From the IMG/VR virus record IMGVR_UViG_3300033073_000243, positions 20,600-84,599 of that record: 64,000 nt of DNA; one strand, given 5' to 3'. The stretch comes from a virus (taxonomy: Duplodnaviria > Caudoviricetes). A program made the position numbers and the translations under genes. Below, piece after piece: positions 25,826 to 35,731 of this stretch; the stretch's first letter is position 1; each line of letters opens with the position of its first letter. The notes under the pieces were generated by a model. The model was not told the origin of the DNA. It did no database searches and worked only from the letters and a program-made list of their open reading frames with translations.

Positions 25826-26131
25826 ATGGCGATTAGGAGAAAGGATCGAAGTTTTGAAGAGATCCTTAAAGACGTGGTCATGGAAGAAGTCCCGATAGAA
25901 TATATCACCCATATTCAACTCAAGTTAAAGAACGGTGATATATTAGAGTTTAGCCAAGACGAACTGTCGGGAATGAATAATGCTACTGAAGTCTTAAAGG
26001 CGCAAGGTCTAGAACATCTAAAAGAAAACATTCAAGATATTGAAGTGTTTATAGACAGTGCTAAGATTAAAGGCAAAGTAGTTCAGTATGTCCGTACATT
26101 ATTGACTAGCCAATTTGGCGACGAAAAATGA
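25826..26131 (+). CDS. hypothetical protein
   Basis: AAGGA Shine-Dalgarno, 101 aa. Confidence 0.6.
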   Translation: MAIRRKDRSFEEILKDVVMEEVPIEYITHIQLKLKNGDILEFSQDELSGMNNATEVLKAQGLEHLKENIQDIEVFIDSAKIKGKVVQYVRTLLTSQFGDEK

Positions 26132-26592
26132 AAGCAATATTTGCTATCGATACTAAAAATGGTATCGGCAAAAACGGAACCCTTCCTTGGCCTAAAAGCA
26201 AAGAAGATTTTGCATGGTTCAAAGAACACACAACAGGAAAGACAATAGTAATGGGTCGCAATACATGGGACGACCCTGCTTTCCCTAAACCCTTACCTAA
26301 TAGAACTAACATTGTTATTACAAGTAAACCTATTAGCATTGATAAAGTTATCACAACTAACTCTATCGACGATCCCATTATCCCCGATGATGCTTTTGTT
26401 ATTGGTGGAGCAAATTTAATAAAAAGCTTTTCAGACAAACTAGATACAATCTACATTACACGATTTAACAAAGACTACAATTGCGATGTGTTTGTTGATA
26501 TAGATCAACTACTAGACAATTTTAGAATCATAGAATCAAAAGTCGTAGGTGATCTTATTTTTGAAACTTGGATATTATGCAACAATACTTAA
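26128..26592 (+). CDS. folA: dihydrofolate reductase
   Basis: GIGKNGTLPWP, VMGRNTW, PLPNRTNIV, IGGA. Confidence 0.95.
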   Translation: MKAIFAIDTKNGIGKNGTLPWPKSKEDFAWFKEHTTGKTIVMGRNTWDDPAFPKPLPNRTNIVITSKPISIDKVITTNSIDDPIIPDDAFVIGGANLIKSFSDKLDTIYITRFNKDYNCDVFVDIDQLLDNFRIIESKVVGDLIFETWILCNNT

Positions 26593-27488
26593 ACGACTTA
26601 CAATACATTTTAGACAACGGCGTTGAAAGTAACGACCGCACTGGCACAGGTACCAAAAGTATATTTGGTATGCAAACACGCTACAACTTAGAAAAAGGAT
26701 TCCCTGCTGTTACTACAAAGAAACTAGCATGGAAAGCTGTTGTTAGTGAACTACTATGGTTCATAGAGGGAAGCGGAGATGAAAGACGACTCGCTGAGAT
26801 ATTACATGGAACTCGTGACGCTAGCAAGTCAACGATATGGACGGCCAACGCTAGAGCAGATTATTGGACTCCAAAAGCAGAGTATCCCGGAGACCTCGGA
26901 CGGGTTTATGGAGTACAATGGCGCAAATGGCGCACACCAGTAGAACATAAAGCAACTACATTTAAAGATGACTTTGGCAGTACATACAGTAGAGCAGGTT
27001 ATGTCCACTTTAAAGAAGTCGATCAACTTTCAAACTTGATTGAAGGTATCAAATCTAAACCAGAAGATCGCAGACATATCTTATCCGCTTGGAATCCTGG
27101 CGAACTAGATAACATGGCATTACCTCCTTGCCATTCATTCGCACAGTTTTATGTTCGCAATGGAAAATTGAGCTGTCAAATGTATCAACGAAGTGCTGAC
27201 TTCTTCTTGGGCATTCCTTTTAATATTGCCAGCTATAGTTTACTAACACATATGATTGCACAAGCTTGTGACTTGGGCGTAGGAGAATTCATCCATACTA
27301 TAGGTGATGCTCACATATACAACAACCATATAGAACAAGTTAAAGAACAACTTGCAAGAACACCATTAGCATTACCTACACTGAAACTTAATCCTAATAT
27401 TAAGGATATCACAAAGTTTACCATGGAAGATATTGTGTTAGAGAACTACGAAAGCCTAGGCACTATTAAAGCGCCTATGGCTGTTTAA
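26577..27488 (+). CDS. thyA: thymidylate synthase
   Basis: DRTGTGT, ELLWF, LGRVYG, MALPPCH, YQRSAD, PFNIASY, GDAHIY. Confidence 0.97.
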   Translation: MQQYLNDLQYILDNGVESNDRTGTGTKSIFGMQTRYNLEKGFPAVTTKKLAWKAVVSELLWFIEGSGDERRLAEILHGTRDASKSTIWTANARADYWTPKAEYPGDLGRVYGVQWRKWRTPVEHKATTFKDDFGSTYSRAGYVHFKEVDQLSNLIEGIKSKPEDRRHILSAWNPGELDNMALPPCHSFAQFYVRNGKLSCQMYQRSADFFLGIPFNIASYSLLTHMIAQACDLGVGEFIHTIGDAHIYNNHIEQVKEQLARTPLALPTLKLNPNIKDITKFTMEDIVLENYESLGTIKAPMAV

Positions 27489-28042
27489 AACTGCAACGGA
27501 TCTAAACTTATTTCGTTAATGTGAAGTTCTGCAGGCTGCTCGATTATCCAATTGATATATTGAGCAGCCTTTTCTAATGACATTGTTTTTCTGTCAGGAT
27601 GCTTTGCTTGCATGTTGCTTAATGTACCAAAACTAATTAAAGTAACACGAGGATTATTTCCCCACACACCGGTTAAAGTTAAACTGTTGCAATAATCACG
27701 CAAGGCTTTCTTCTCTGCATTGTATAACCAATCGGTTGCTTTCATAACTCTATCAGTTGTACTACCTACACAGATAATTAATGTGCGCTTGTTTTCGGCT
27801 TTCAACTTTTTATATGTTGCTTCTAACAATAGCGTTTGATTAAAACGCCACAAAGCACTACATATAATAACTAAATCGTACTCCAATGCCATTGTAGCGA
27901 ATTGCTGTTGGCACTCTGCTCTTGTCAAATCCATTGGATTAGGACTACTTCTACTTACAAAAGTGAGATCGTGTCCTTTTAGTTCACTAGCCAATGCATT
28001 ACCCAAACCATATGCTGGGTTTCCTGAGATTAATATTTTCAA
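27485..28042 (-). CDS. short-chain dehydrogenase/reductase
   Basis: ILISGNPAYGLG, ICVGST, YNAEK (YxxxK); stop overlaps the thyA stop. Confidence 0.75.
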   Translation of the reverse strand: MKILISGNPAYGLGNALASELKGHDLTFVSRSSPNPMDLTRAECQQQFATMALEYDLVIICSALWRFNQTLLLEATYKKLKAENKRTLIICVGSTTDRVMKATDWLYNAEKKALRDYCNSLTLTGVWGNNPRVTLISFGTLSNMQAKHPDRKTMSLEKAAQYINWIIEQPAELHINEISLDPLQF

Positions 28043-29352
28043 TTGAATAGTCCTTTGTACTGCGGTGCAATGTCTAATATGCTATGTCCGCGAGCTTTAT
28101 CTAAGTAAGTTGTGAACTTAACAAATTCTTCTAATTTGTCTCCATAGTCTGCAGAGTTAGTGTATTTTAGAATACCTCGTAAAATCGATTCTGCATTTTT
28201 TGCTATTTCTTCTGGATAGCTAACTTTAAAGTCTGCTATACATTTCTCGTAATACTCTGTTAACTCTTGTTTCAAGTTAGCAGGTAAGATGCGAACATTA
28301 ACTCTCTTTGGTCCATGCGCTACATGATGAGTTATTATTGGACGTTTCTTTGTGCTGTTAATTTTAACAAAGCCGCTGTCATCTAACTTCCATTTCATAA
28401 ATGTAGGAATGTGCCAAACATTGTATGCTGTTACAGTACAAGCCAACCATGCAATGATGTTAGAATTCTTTTGTGCGTATTCATCTAGCTTTTGTAAATT
28501 CTTATATGCCTGACTCCACTTTAGTGGCCAGCGTTGATATTCTACAGTTTCACCCATTCCATCCATACTTGCACCAACGCGAACTTGCTTAAACTGTGTC
28601 CACATATCCAACACACGATTGGGCAAGTTAGCCATGTTTGTATTGTATTCAAGTATCATCTTTTTACTTTGACCCATGTCTATACATTTTTGCAAGAACT
28701 CGTAATGACGTTCAATCATCATTGGCTCGCCTCCTGCCATATAAACATGTTTCAAGTTAGGAATGTTATCTTCCATCTGTTGCCAAAAGCTTTCGCTATT
28801 GTGCCAATCATAATCAGATGTCGTTAAACGACCGTTTTCGTTACGAGTTAATTTAACTATGCCATGTGTGTCTTGATAATCTGTACTACCGTGATACTCT
28901 GTCCATTGTTCATACCAAGTATGACTATCAGTTGGTCCGCACATACGGCAAGCTAAGTTACATAAGTTACCAAAACGCAAATCATAATATTCTAACTTAG
29001 GTTCTGATATTGTGCCGTCTTCATTAGTAACATAACGGGCATCATCTAAACTAAATTTCCAATTTTCAAGCTCGTATTGTCTACGACTGTTTAATCCTGA
29101 TTCTTCTTCTTGTTTACAACGACCGCATTCCTGGCTCCACTCTCCTACTAACATGTTCTTGCGAACTTCTTTCATTAGAGTGGCATTACGAGCTTCTGAC
29201 ATGTTGTCCCGGCCTGCATTGTAAGGAGACCCATCTTCGTGTCTAACAACACCTTGATTGTCTGTTACATTGGCTTGACAACAAATACGGATGTCGCCAT
29301 TATTTCTAACTGCTTGGAATATCCAGGGAATAGGACAAAAAGTATTACTCAT
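28039..29352 (-). CDS. radical SAM enzyme with an N-terminal twitch/SPASM-like Cys region
   Basis: CPIPW...CCQ; DLRFGNLCNLACRMCGP; YMAGGEP. Confidence 0.9.
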   Translation of the reverse strand: MSNTFCPIPWIFQAVRNNGDIRICCQANVTDNQGVVRHEDGSPYNAGRDNMSEARNATLMKEVRKNMLVGEWSQECGRCKQEEESGLNSRRQYELENWKFSLDDARYVTNEDGTISEPKLEYYDLRFGNLCNLACRMCGPTDSHTWYEQWTEYHGSTDYQDTHGIVKLTRNENGRLTTSDYDWHNSESFWQQMEDNIPNLKHVYMAGGEPMMIERHYEFLQKCIDMGQSKKMILEYNTNMANLPNRVLDMWTQFKQVRVGASMDGMGETVEYQRWPLKWSQAYKNLQKLDEYAQKNSNIIAWLACTVTAYNVWHIPTFMKWKLDDSGFVKINSTKKRPIITHHVAHGPKRVNVRILPANLKQELTEYYEKCIADFKVSYPEEIAKNAESILRGILKYTNSADYGDKLEEFVKFTTYLDKARGHSILDIAPQYKGLFN

Positions 29353-30124
29353 ATGCCTCCCAGATTAAATAATGTTCCAGCGTTTTCGATGGAATAACAA
29401 AGCTATCATGCGTTAGCATTAGCTCTCCTGAGAAATTATTATCTATAGCTTGTAGCAAAATATTTCCTAAAATTAAATTGTTTTCTTCCGATAAGTGATT
29501 GCATCTAATATCTCTTGCAACTCGTTTGTTTTCTGTATCTACGGTTGATAAATTATTATCAACATTTACATGACCTACTGCTACAAGCTCATTCATAGAA
29601 ACATCTACTAATGCTGCTTTCTCAGTTGAAGAGTTCGAGTCCACTAATATGATATTTTTATCAGAGCGAATCTTATCAATTAATGCTGCATTAGTTTCGG
29701 TTAGATAAGCAGTGTCCATCCATGAAGCCATTGCAAACTCTACATTTTCAACTACCTTTAATTTGAATTTTGTTCCGCTATTTGTTTCTTGATTAGCTAA
29801 GTGTATTTTAGCTAGCTCAACAGAACTAAGATTCACGAACCAATTCCTAAAAAGTAAAGTATCTTTTAATAAATTAAACAAGTGTTCGGAGAAGAATCTC
29901 TGCAATGTAGGAATTATAAAAATATTGTAATCATGTTTGTCTTTATTGTTGATATAATCTTTGTAGCATTGGTACGGGGAATTACCACATTCCCCGTAGT
30001 TGACTACATTATGTACTGTTTGTAAATGATGAACCCAGCTATAGCTCCCTGGTTTATCCAAGTTCATATTAGCATAACTATCGCCATAAACACCAACAGA
30101 TATTTTATTCATATGTCTTATCAC
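29345..30124 (-). CDS. SGNH-like protein
   Basis: VYGDSY, NYGECGNS, DIRCNHL. Confidence 0.6.
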   Translation of the reverse strand: MIRHMNKISVGVYGDSYANMNLDKPGSYSWVHHLQTVHNVVNYGECGNSPYQCYKDYINNKDKHDYNIFIIPTLQRFFSEHLFNLLKDTLLFRNWFVNLSSVELAKIHLANQETNSGTKFKLKVVENVEFAMASWMDTAYLTETNAALIDKIRSDKNIILVDSNSSTEKAALVDVSMNELVAVGHVNVDNNLSTVDTENKRVARDIRCNHLSEENNLILGNILLQAIDNNFSGELMLTHDSFVIPSKTLEHYLIWEAYE

Positions 30125-31271
30125 CCGGGAATAAAGGAAGCTTGGTACCTGGCGCTCGTTTAGGAATCTTACTGTCTGCGCTACTTACGCAACTTGTTCC
30201 GCCGCAAGGCATTGGCTTGTCATATAACTTAAAGCCAGTTTCAATATGACCTAGCGGGACTTCGCTACAGCTATAACTTCTTTTAACTGTGCCATCGGGT
30301 TCACGAATAATAATACTGCGATAGCCACTGCTACATTCCCAACCATTGAAGTTGTTAAAGTTAAACGCATTGAATCGTTCTGCTTGGTCCATGAACCAAG
30401 GATTACCTTCCTTATCAATAAATTCAATTTGGAAATGAGGATCTACTTCGACTTGCTTTTTACGGTTGGCATCTGTTTTGTCGATTAAATAAGTTGGCTT
30501 TGGACGTTGTACTAATCCAGCCTTCTTTGCTTTCTCTTCTGTAAATGCTCGCTGTGGCATCCCGTTATGCAACTTAGCTAACATGTCATCAGTGTAACCA
30601 TCTACTACACGACTAGCTGTTGGATCGCTTTGTGGCTTCAATGTGACATTAATGCCACGATCATGAAAGTAAAGAGCAAGATCATAAATTTCATAAAACT
30701 GTTCCGGAACCATAACTTGATTCACTGTTACTTGTGTATCATATTCTTGACACAATACCAGTTTGTCGGCAAACTCTTTAACTTTTGCATCAGTGTTTAC
30801 ATGTTCACGATGGCAACTTGCTGTGATACTAGCGCGGTGGAAATTCTTAACTGCCGGTACATATTTTTCTTCAAACCACTTTAACGGACGACTCATGTTA
30901 CTTGTCATATGAACCGATGTATAGTTTGTATTTTGTACATCATCATTTAAGTAGTTTAAGATGTCAATGTAAGCAGGGTGGAATGTTGGTTCTCCTCCGC
31001 TTAGGCTAAAGTGATAGCTATTAAAGCCACGCTCACGAGCTTGGCGTTTAATCTCATCAACAGTCTTAAGCATTAAAGGAGTAGGGCGATGATCTTTTGT
31101 ATCGCTGCGAGCATATGGCCAGCAATAGCTACAGCGATAATTGCAGTAGCGTCCTAGTAACCACGACACAGTAAACATGTCACGGTATAGCATTGTTCGT
31201 TGCCCTACTCTAACTAAATCGTCGTAGGGAATTTTTGTAAAGTCGTATTGGCTTACTTTTAAATCACTCAT
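30105..31271 (-). CDS. radical SAM enzyme with a C-terminal SPASM/twitch-like region
   Basis: WLLGRYCNYRCSYC, SGGEPT, GWECSSG...SYSC...CVSSAD; start MSDLK at 31271. Confidence 0.9.
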   Translation of the reverse strand: MSDLKVSQYDFTKIPYDDLVRVGQRTMLYRDMFTVSWLLGRYCNYRCSYCWPYARSDTKDHRPTPLMLKTVDEIKRQARERGFNSYHFSLSGGEPTFHPAYIDILNYLNDDVQNTNYTSVHMTSNMSRPLKWFEEKYVPAVKNFHRASITASCHREHVNTDAKVKEFADKLVLCQEYDTQVTVNQVMVPEQFYEIYDLALYFHDRGINVTLKPQSDPTASRVVDGYTDDMLAKLHNGMPQRAFTEEKAKKAGLVQRPKPTYLIDKTDANRKKQVEVDPHFQIEFIDKEGNPWFMDQAERFNAFNFNNFNGWECSSGYRSIIIREPDGTVKRSYSCSEVPLGHIETGFKLYDKPMPCGGTSCVSSADSKIPKRAPGTKLPLFPGDKTYE

Positions 31272-31497
31272 CTTGTTCGTATACCATTTTAATATCTTTG
31301 CCGGGACCAACTTCACTAGGCAGTCCGCCGTATTCTTTTATATACCATTCGATTGCCGCAACATACCAACCTTGGCTGTTATGTCTACTTGCTATATTGA
31401 ACTTGTAAATGTTATCGTTAGTTGCTGGCATTGTGCTAATAACACGAGCGGCTTCTAACTGTAATGTTCGCAAAGGTAAATCTTTTATGTCTGTCAT
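31264..31497 (-). CDS. 77-aa hypothetical protein between two radical SAM genes
   Basis: Overlaps both neighbours. Confidence 0.6.
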   Translation of the reverse strand: MTDIKDLPLRTLQLEAARVISTMPATNDNIYKFNIASRHNSQGWYVAAIEWYIKEYGGLPSEVGPGKDIKMVYEQDE

Positions 31498-32690
31498 AGA
31501 TCTAAGTTATCCATTAATTTTAACAATGCATCGGTCTTTTTATATTTTTGCTTCTTCTCTAAAAATGCCAATGCCGCTTGTTTATAATCAGGGTTATAAG
31601 AAGTTCCTACTCTGTTTCGCATTTGATTTAAGTAATCAAGGAATTCTTGCTTCCTAACAAAATTTATACCTTCTGAATTGTTAATTGCCTTTTCTGCAAG
31701 GTCTATATATTGTACATAATCTTTAGGTAAATGAGCAATATCTAATTCGTCTGGCCAGCTGGTAAAGTTACCATACCAAGTAAATTCTTTTGTCGGTGCG
31801 TATTTTCTAAACTGCTCATGTACCCAATCTATATATAAATGGAACGTCTTTAAACTAAAAATACTTGCCGCTGGGCTTAATACTATTAGTTCAGTCTTTG
31901 GATGACTAATGTATTTTACAAAGTTACCAGTGAATCTCTCCCAACTTAATCCATGACGAATTAGTTCAGCATCTATACCAAAGCCTTCGTTGCTAATACC
32001 AATTCCCCACGACAACTTACTAGTATCCATACGAGCAATGATCTTATCCATTAAGAATCTCTTGCTGTTAGCGTTAGTGCATATTTCTAAACGAATGTTT
32101 TTATGCGAAGTCTCTGCACATTCTTCTATGTAATCAACTAGTTCGTAGAAGCGTTCACTAGTTGTTGGCTCACCGCCAAGGAAAATAAAAATTGCTTGGT
32201 TATTTGCACTTTGTTTATTGTTTAGGAAATCACGAATCCATTGTTTAAAAACAGTGTAGTCATTTTCTTTTGTCAAATCTTCGTAAGGTTCGTTTTGTTC
32301 TTGTGCGACTTTACTGCTACTCCACGAACTGCAATATAAACAACTCATATCACATGTTCTGTCTGTTTTAATTTCTACATAATAAACATGACGGTCATCA
32401 TTAAGAATATGTCTATTACTTTCTACAAAGGCGTCTTTCCAATTATTAGCCCAATCTCTGTATGCGCTGTTACCTTTGGCATAATCATTCCAGCAACTGG
32501 CACAATCAGAATGTGCGATGTTCTGCAGACTTTGTGCCCTGCGTTCTTGTATTCGTGGACCGTTACTAATGAACTCGGTTGTGAGCGTTTCAGGGAAATC
32601 ATATGTTACTGCTTTACAGCAATGTTTTAATGTCCTTGACTCAAAATCGATATTGATATCCGTCCAAGTTTTTGAACAATATGTTTTCAT
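31494..32690 (-). CDS. radical SAM enzyme with an N-terminal Cys region
   Basis: YCSKTW...HCCK; TDRTCDMSCLYCSS; FLGGEPT. Confidence 0.88.
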   Translation of the reverse strand: MKTYCSKTWTDINIDFESRTLKHCCKAVTYDFPETLTTEFISNGPRIQERRAQSLQNIAHSDCASCWNDYAKGNSAYRDWANNWKDAFVESNRHILNDDRHVYYVEIKTDRTCDMSCLYCSSWSSSKVAQEQNEPYEDLTKENDYTVFKQWIRDFLNNKQSANNQAIFIFLGGEPTTSERFYELVDYIEECAETSHKNIRLEICTNANSKRFLMDKIIARMDTSKLSWGIGISNEGFGIDAELIRHGLSWERFTGNFVKYISHPKTELIVLSPAASIFSLKTFHLYIDWVHEQFRKYAPTKEFTWYGNFTSWPDELDIAHLPKDYVQYIDLAEKAINNSEGINFVRKQEFLDYLNQMRNRVGTSYNPDYKQAALAFLEKKQKYKKTDALLKLMDNLDL

Positions 32691-33415
32691 ATTTCAATAA
32701 TCATGCTTCTTTGTTTAGAATTTACAAAAAAGCTTTCTTCTCTTCCACGACGCTGATAATGAGTCACACCATTTAAGTAAGGCTCTTTTACTACATCGCT
32801 GTCACCTGCATATATGTCGATGATTTTTTGATCTTTAGGTCCTATGCACAAAACAACAATTGGCTCTATAAATTCTCCGTTCAATTTATCTTCAAATAAG
32901 TTTTTAAATTTTTCATTGGACATCATATCTTCAAGACCGCAAGCCACAAATGCTGTCCCGTAACCTAACTCTTCTGCTGTTAATTGAGCATAACTTGCAC
33001 TAATCATAGCGTCACGAACACTGCTCTTAATCATTGCATATTTGTTAACAGAACTTGTTACTTCACTATAAGATCTATCGAAAATTTCAGTTCCGGTTTG
33101 TTCATTGACAGATAACATCTGATGCTCAGGAGCAGGATTGGCAACATATACCAAAACCAAAGGAGCCTTCACTTGCATCAAATATATAGTATCATCGGTT
33201 TCTTCATATAATGTTATATGATCGCATAGCTCCTTCTTTAGTTCATTGGCTTCTGCGGTTTCTCCTAATGCAAAGATTTTATAACCGTAAATCTTATTTT
33301 TACTAGGAGCACGCCTTGCACTATCTAGTATAGTGGCTACATCATTTTCGGATACAGATCCTGACATTAGTCTTGTTGTGTGACGTTTATTGATTATGGA
33401 ATTAATTTTAGACAT
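32687..33415 (-). CDS. nitroreductase-family flavoprotein
   Basis: INKRHTTR, ARRAPSKN, AEELGYGTAFVAC. Confidence 0.75.
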   Translation of the reverse strand: MSKINSIINKRHTTRLMSGSVSENDVATILDSARRAPSKNKIYGYKIFALGETAEANELKKELCDHITLYEETDDTIYLMQVKAPLVLVYVANPAPEHQMLSVNEQTGTEIFDRSYSEVTSSVNKYAMIKSSVRDAMISASYAQLTAEELGYGTAFVACGLEDMMSNEKFKNLFEDKLNGEFIEPIVVLCIGPKDQKIIDIYAGDSDVVKEPYLNGVTHYQRRGREESFFVNSKQRSMIIEI

Positions 33416-33436
33416 GTGAAATTTATTAAGTTAGTA

Positions 33437-33450
33437 GATAAATATTTATT
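33437..33450. promoter_or_regulatory. back-to-back late-type promoters (GATAAATA on +, AATAAATA on -)
   Basis: Palindrome ATAAATATTTAT at 33438-33449 in the 65-bp gap between divergent genes. Confidence 0.55.
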
Positions 33451-33480
33451 AGTAACAACCATGAAGCATAGGAGACAAGC

Positions 33481-34224
33481 ATGAGCGATGACAGCGTACT
33501 AAATGAGTATGGGATCAGCGGTGAACCAATCGAATCATTTGTTAGACGAAATGATTTCCCAGCAAATATACATTACCCACAAGATTTACAAACAGGAATG
33601 GAAGTAAGACGAGATAGTCGTATTCCATTTTTACCAATCGATGATTGGATGCAAACCGAAGATTGGGCAGGTATGCATGAAGAAGCAAAGCGTCTTAGCA
33701 AACATTATATTCAACATAGAAGTCATGAGTCTCATAAAGGTTGGAGCAGTTTGGTAATTCACGGTCTAAGTAGCGTTCACACAGAAAGCAGTCATACATA
33801 CGGCTTTACAGATGAAAATGCTCCTTGGCGTTGGACTGACGTTTCGGATTGGTGTCCACTTATTACTAACTTTATCAAAACCAAAGTCAACTACAAAAAG
33901 TTCTTTAGAGTTCGTATTATGAAACTTGCACCAGGCGGCTGGGTTATCCCTCATAAGGATAGTTTAACACAACAAGAAAATCATATCGGTCCATTAAATA
34001 TTGCGTTGAATCATCCAGACGGCTGTAAGTTTATTATGGACGGAGTTGGATGTTTACCATGGACGCAAGGACGAGCAATTACATTGAACCTATTTAATGT
34101 ACACGCTGTTTATAACGATAGCAACGAAGATAGATATCATATGATTGTGCATGGTTGGGCTCCTGATCACTGGAGCGATTTAGTCTACAACAATTATAAT
34201 AATTGGAAGAAGGTGTATGCGTAA
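33481..34224 (+). CDS. Asp/Asn beta-hydroxylase-family Fe(II)/2OG oxygenase
   Basis: RIMKLAPGGWVIPHKD, HAVYNDSNEDRYHMIVHG; AGGAG Shine-Dalgarno. Confidence 0.85.
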   Translation: MSDDSVLNEYGISGEPIESFVRRNDFPANIHYPQDLQTGMEVRRDSRIPFLPIDDWMQTEDWAGMHEEAKRLSKHYIQHRSHESHKGWSSLVIHGLSSVHTESSHTYGFTDENAPWRWTDVSDWCPLITNFIKTKVNYKKFFRVRIMKLAPGGWVIPHKDSLTQQENHIGPLNIALNHPDGCKFIMDGVGCLPWTQGRAITLNLFNVHAVYNDSNEDRYHMIVHGWAPDHWSDLVYNNYNNWKKVYA

Positions 34225-35704
34225 AACCTATGTAAATGCATTAGTAAGCGACAAAGGCAATCTGGGAATAGACCCAGCGGTTAGACAAAGTTTAAGAATT
34301 TTTTATCAAAGAAATATATACATTGATAGTATTGCAGATAACCCGATGTGTTCCATTATATGCGACACAGAGGATGAATGTATTCGTTCTGCTGCCGATC
34401 AAAACTTTAATTACCTAATACTAACATGGGAAGGGAATATTTTTAATATTCATCAATACCATCAAGGATGTATTGCTGCCATTAACAAAATGGAAGAGCA
34501 AACTAATGGCGATTGGCTTGTTGCTGGTCATCTAATGGATCAGTATCAAAACAGAATTCTATACAAAGACCCCAATGCAGATCAATGGAAAGATAGCTTT
34601 TGGCTATTCCCTATCACTGCTATTATTAACATTGACAAGTGGAAAGAACTAGGATGCCCTGCTTGGGGTATCGATAGTGGCAGAGCTGTACAAAAAGTTA
34701 TTAAAGCTATACCTAGTTCAGAAACCATCCACGACAATTACACTCCATTGGAGTTATCAGCAGGTACAGAAGAAGTCGAAGTAAAAACTAAAAAAGGCTG
34801 GAACATGATTAACGCTTCGCTTAAGGCAGGTTATAAAGTCTTAAATGTCCCGGTTGAAGTTAGAAATTTACAAAACTACTTGTACCCAGAAAACGATGTA
34901 AAGCAATTCAATAACTTTTGGAATTCAGTTTATATGATGCCAAAGTTAAACGGACAATACAAAAGAGTATTGGAAAGCATCTTAACTAGTAAGAACCCGA
35001 GACGAATAAACGACCATACTTGGCAATGCTTTATCCGAAACACAGAAGAATATTTCCCACTAAGAAATAATCTAGACTGGTCTTCTATTGATACTATCGC
35101 ATTACCTAGTAGCGGGTTTAAAGATTTTATTGTTAGCATGGGACGCGATGGCATCAAGAGAGATAATTTAAATGTTATACACTTTGACATTATCCAAGAA
35201 TGTACAGAGATCAAAAGAAAAATGATCGAACGATGGGATGGCAAGCGTAGCACATTTGAAGAAACTTTACTTGGCATTGGTGGCGAATATAGAAAGAATC
35301 CAACGGACGCATTTCACATGCATTCTATGAAATCTGTTATAGAAGCATACGAACATTTATTGCCGTTCTTTGATAGCGAAGACGCTTTGGAACAAGCTTG
35401 GCTTAAATTTAAGAGTTATAATCACGCTTACATTGCTACTGATATGTTAACAGATCCGTGGCCAGCAATCAAACTAGTACAAACTAAAAATGTTTATATC
35501 TGTCTAAGCGATATTGCAGGATGGAGAAACAACATTATTAGTTATGGTTGTAAGAACCTTAGACAAGATATCGCAACTTGTATTAAGGCATTAACAAATA
35601 AAGGTGTCGACGGATATCTTGATTATAAGGATCCTGCATCAGACTTGCAACAATGGCAGTCATTTACAGATGCAATAGCGTATTTGGAACAACCAATTAC
35701 ATAA
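34217..35704 (+). CDS. hypothetical protein (495 aa)
   Basis: Long ORF overlapping the oxygenase; no family recognised with confidence. Confidence 0.65.
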   Translation: MRKTYVNALVSDKGNLGIDPAVRQSLRIFYQRNIYIDSIADNPMCSIICDTEDECIRSAADQNFNYLILTWEGNIFNIHQYHQGCIAAINKMEEQTNGDWLVAGHLMDQYQNRILYKDPNADQWKDSFWLFPITAIINIDKWKELGCPAWGIDSGRAVQKVIKAIPSSETIHDNYTPLELSAGTEEVEVKTKKGWNMINASLKAGYKVLNVPVEVRNLQNYLYPENDVKQFNNFWNSVYMMPKLNGQYKRVLESILTSKNPRRINDHTWQCFIRNTEEYFPLRNNLDWSSIDTIALPSSGFKDFIVSMGRDGIKRDNLNVIHFDIIQECTEIKRKMIERWDGKRSTFEETLLGIGGEYRKNPTDAFHMHSMKSVIEAYEHLLPFFDSEDALEQAWLKFKSYNHAYIATDMLTDPWPAIKLVQTKNVYICLSDIAGWRNNIISYGCKNLRQDIATCIKALTNKGVDGYLDYKDPASDLQQWQSFTDAIAYLEQPIT

Positions 35705-35705
35705 C

Positions 35706-35731
35706 AAAATAGGACCAATTGGTCCTATTTT
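35706..35731. terminator. bidirectional terminator (perfect 26-bp palindrome)
   Basis: AAAATAGGACCAATTGGTCCTATTTT between convergent genes. Confidence 0.85.
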
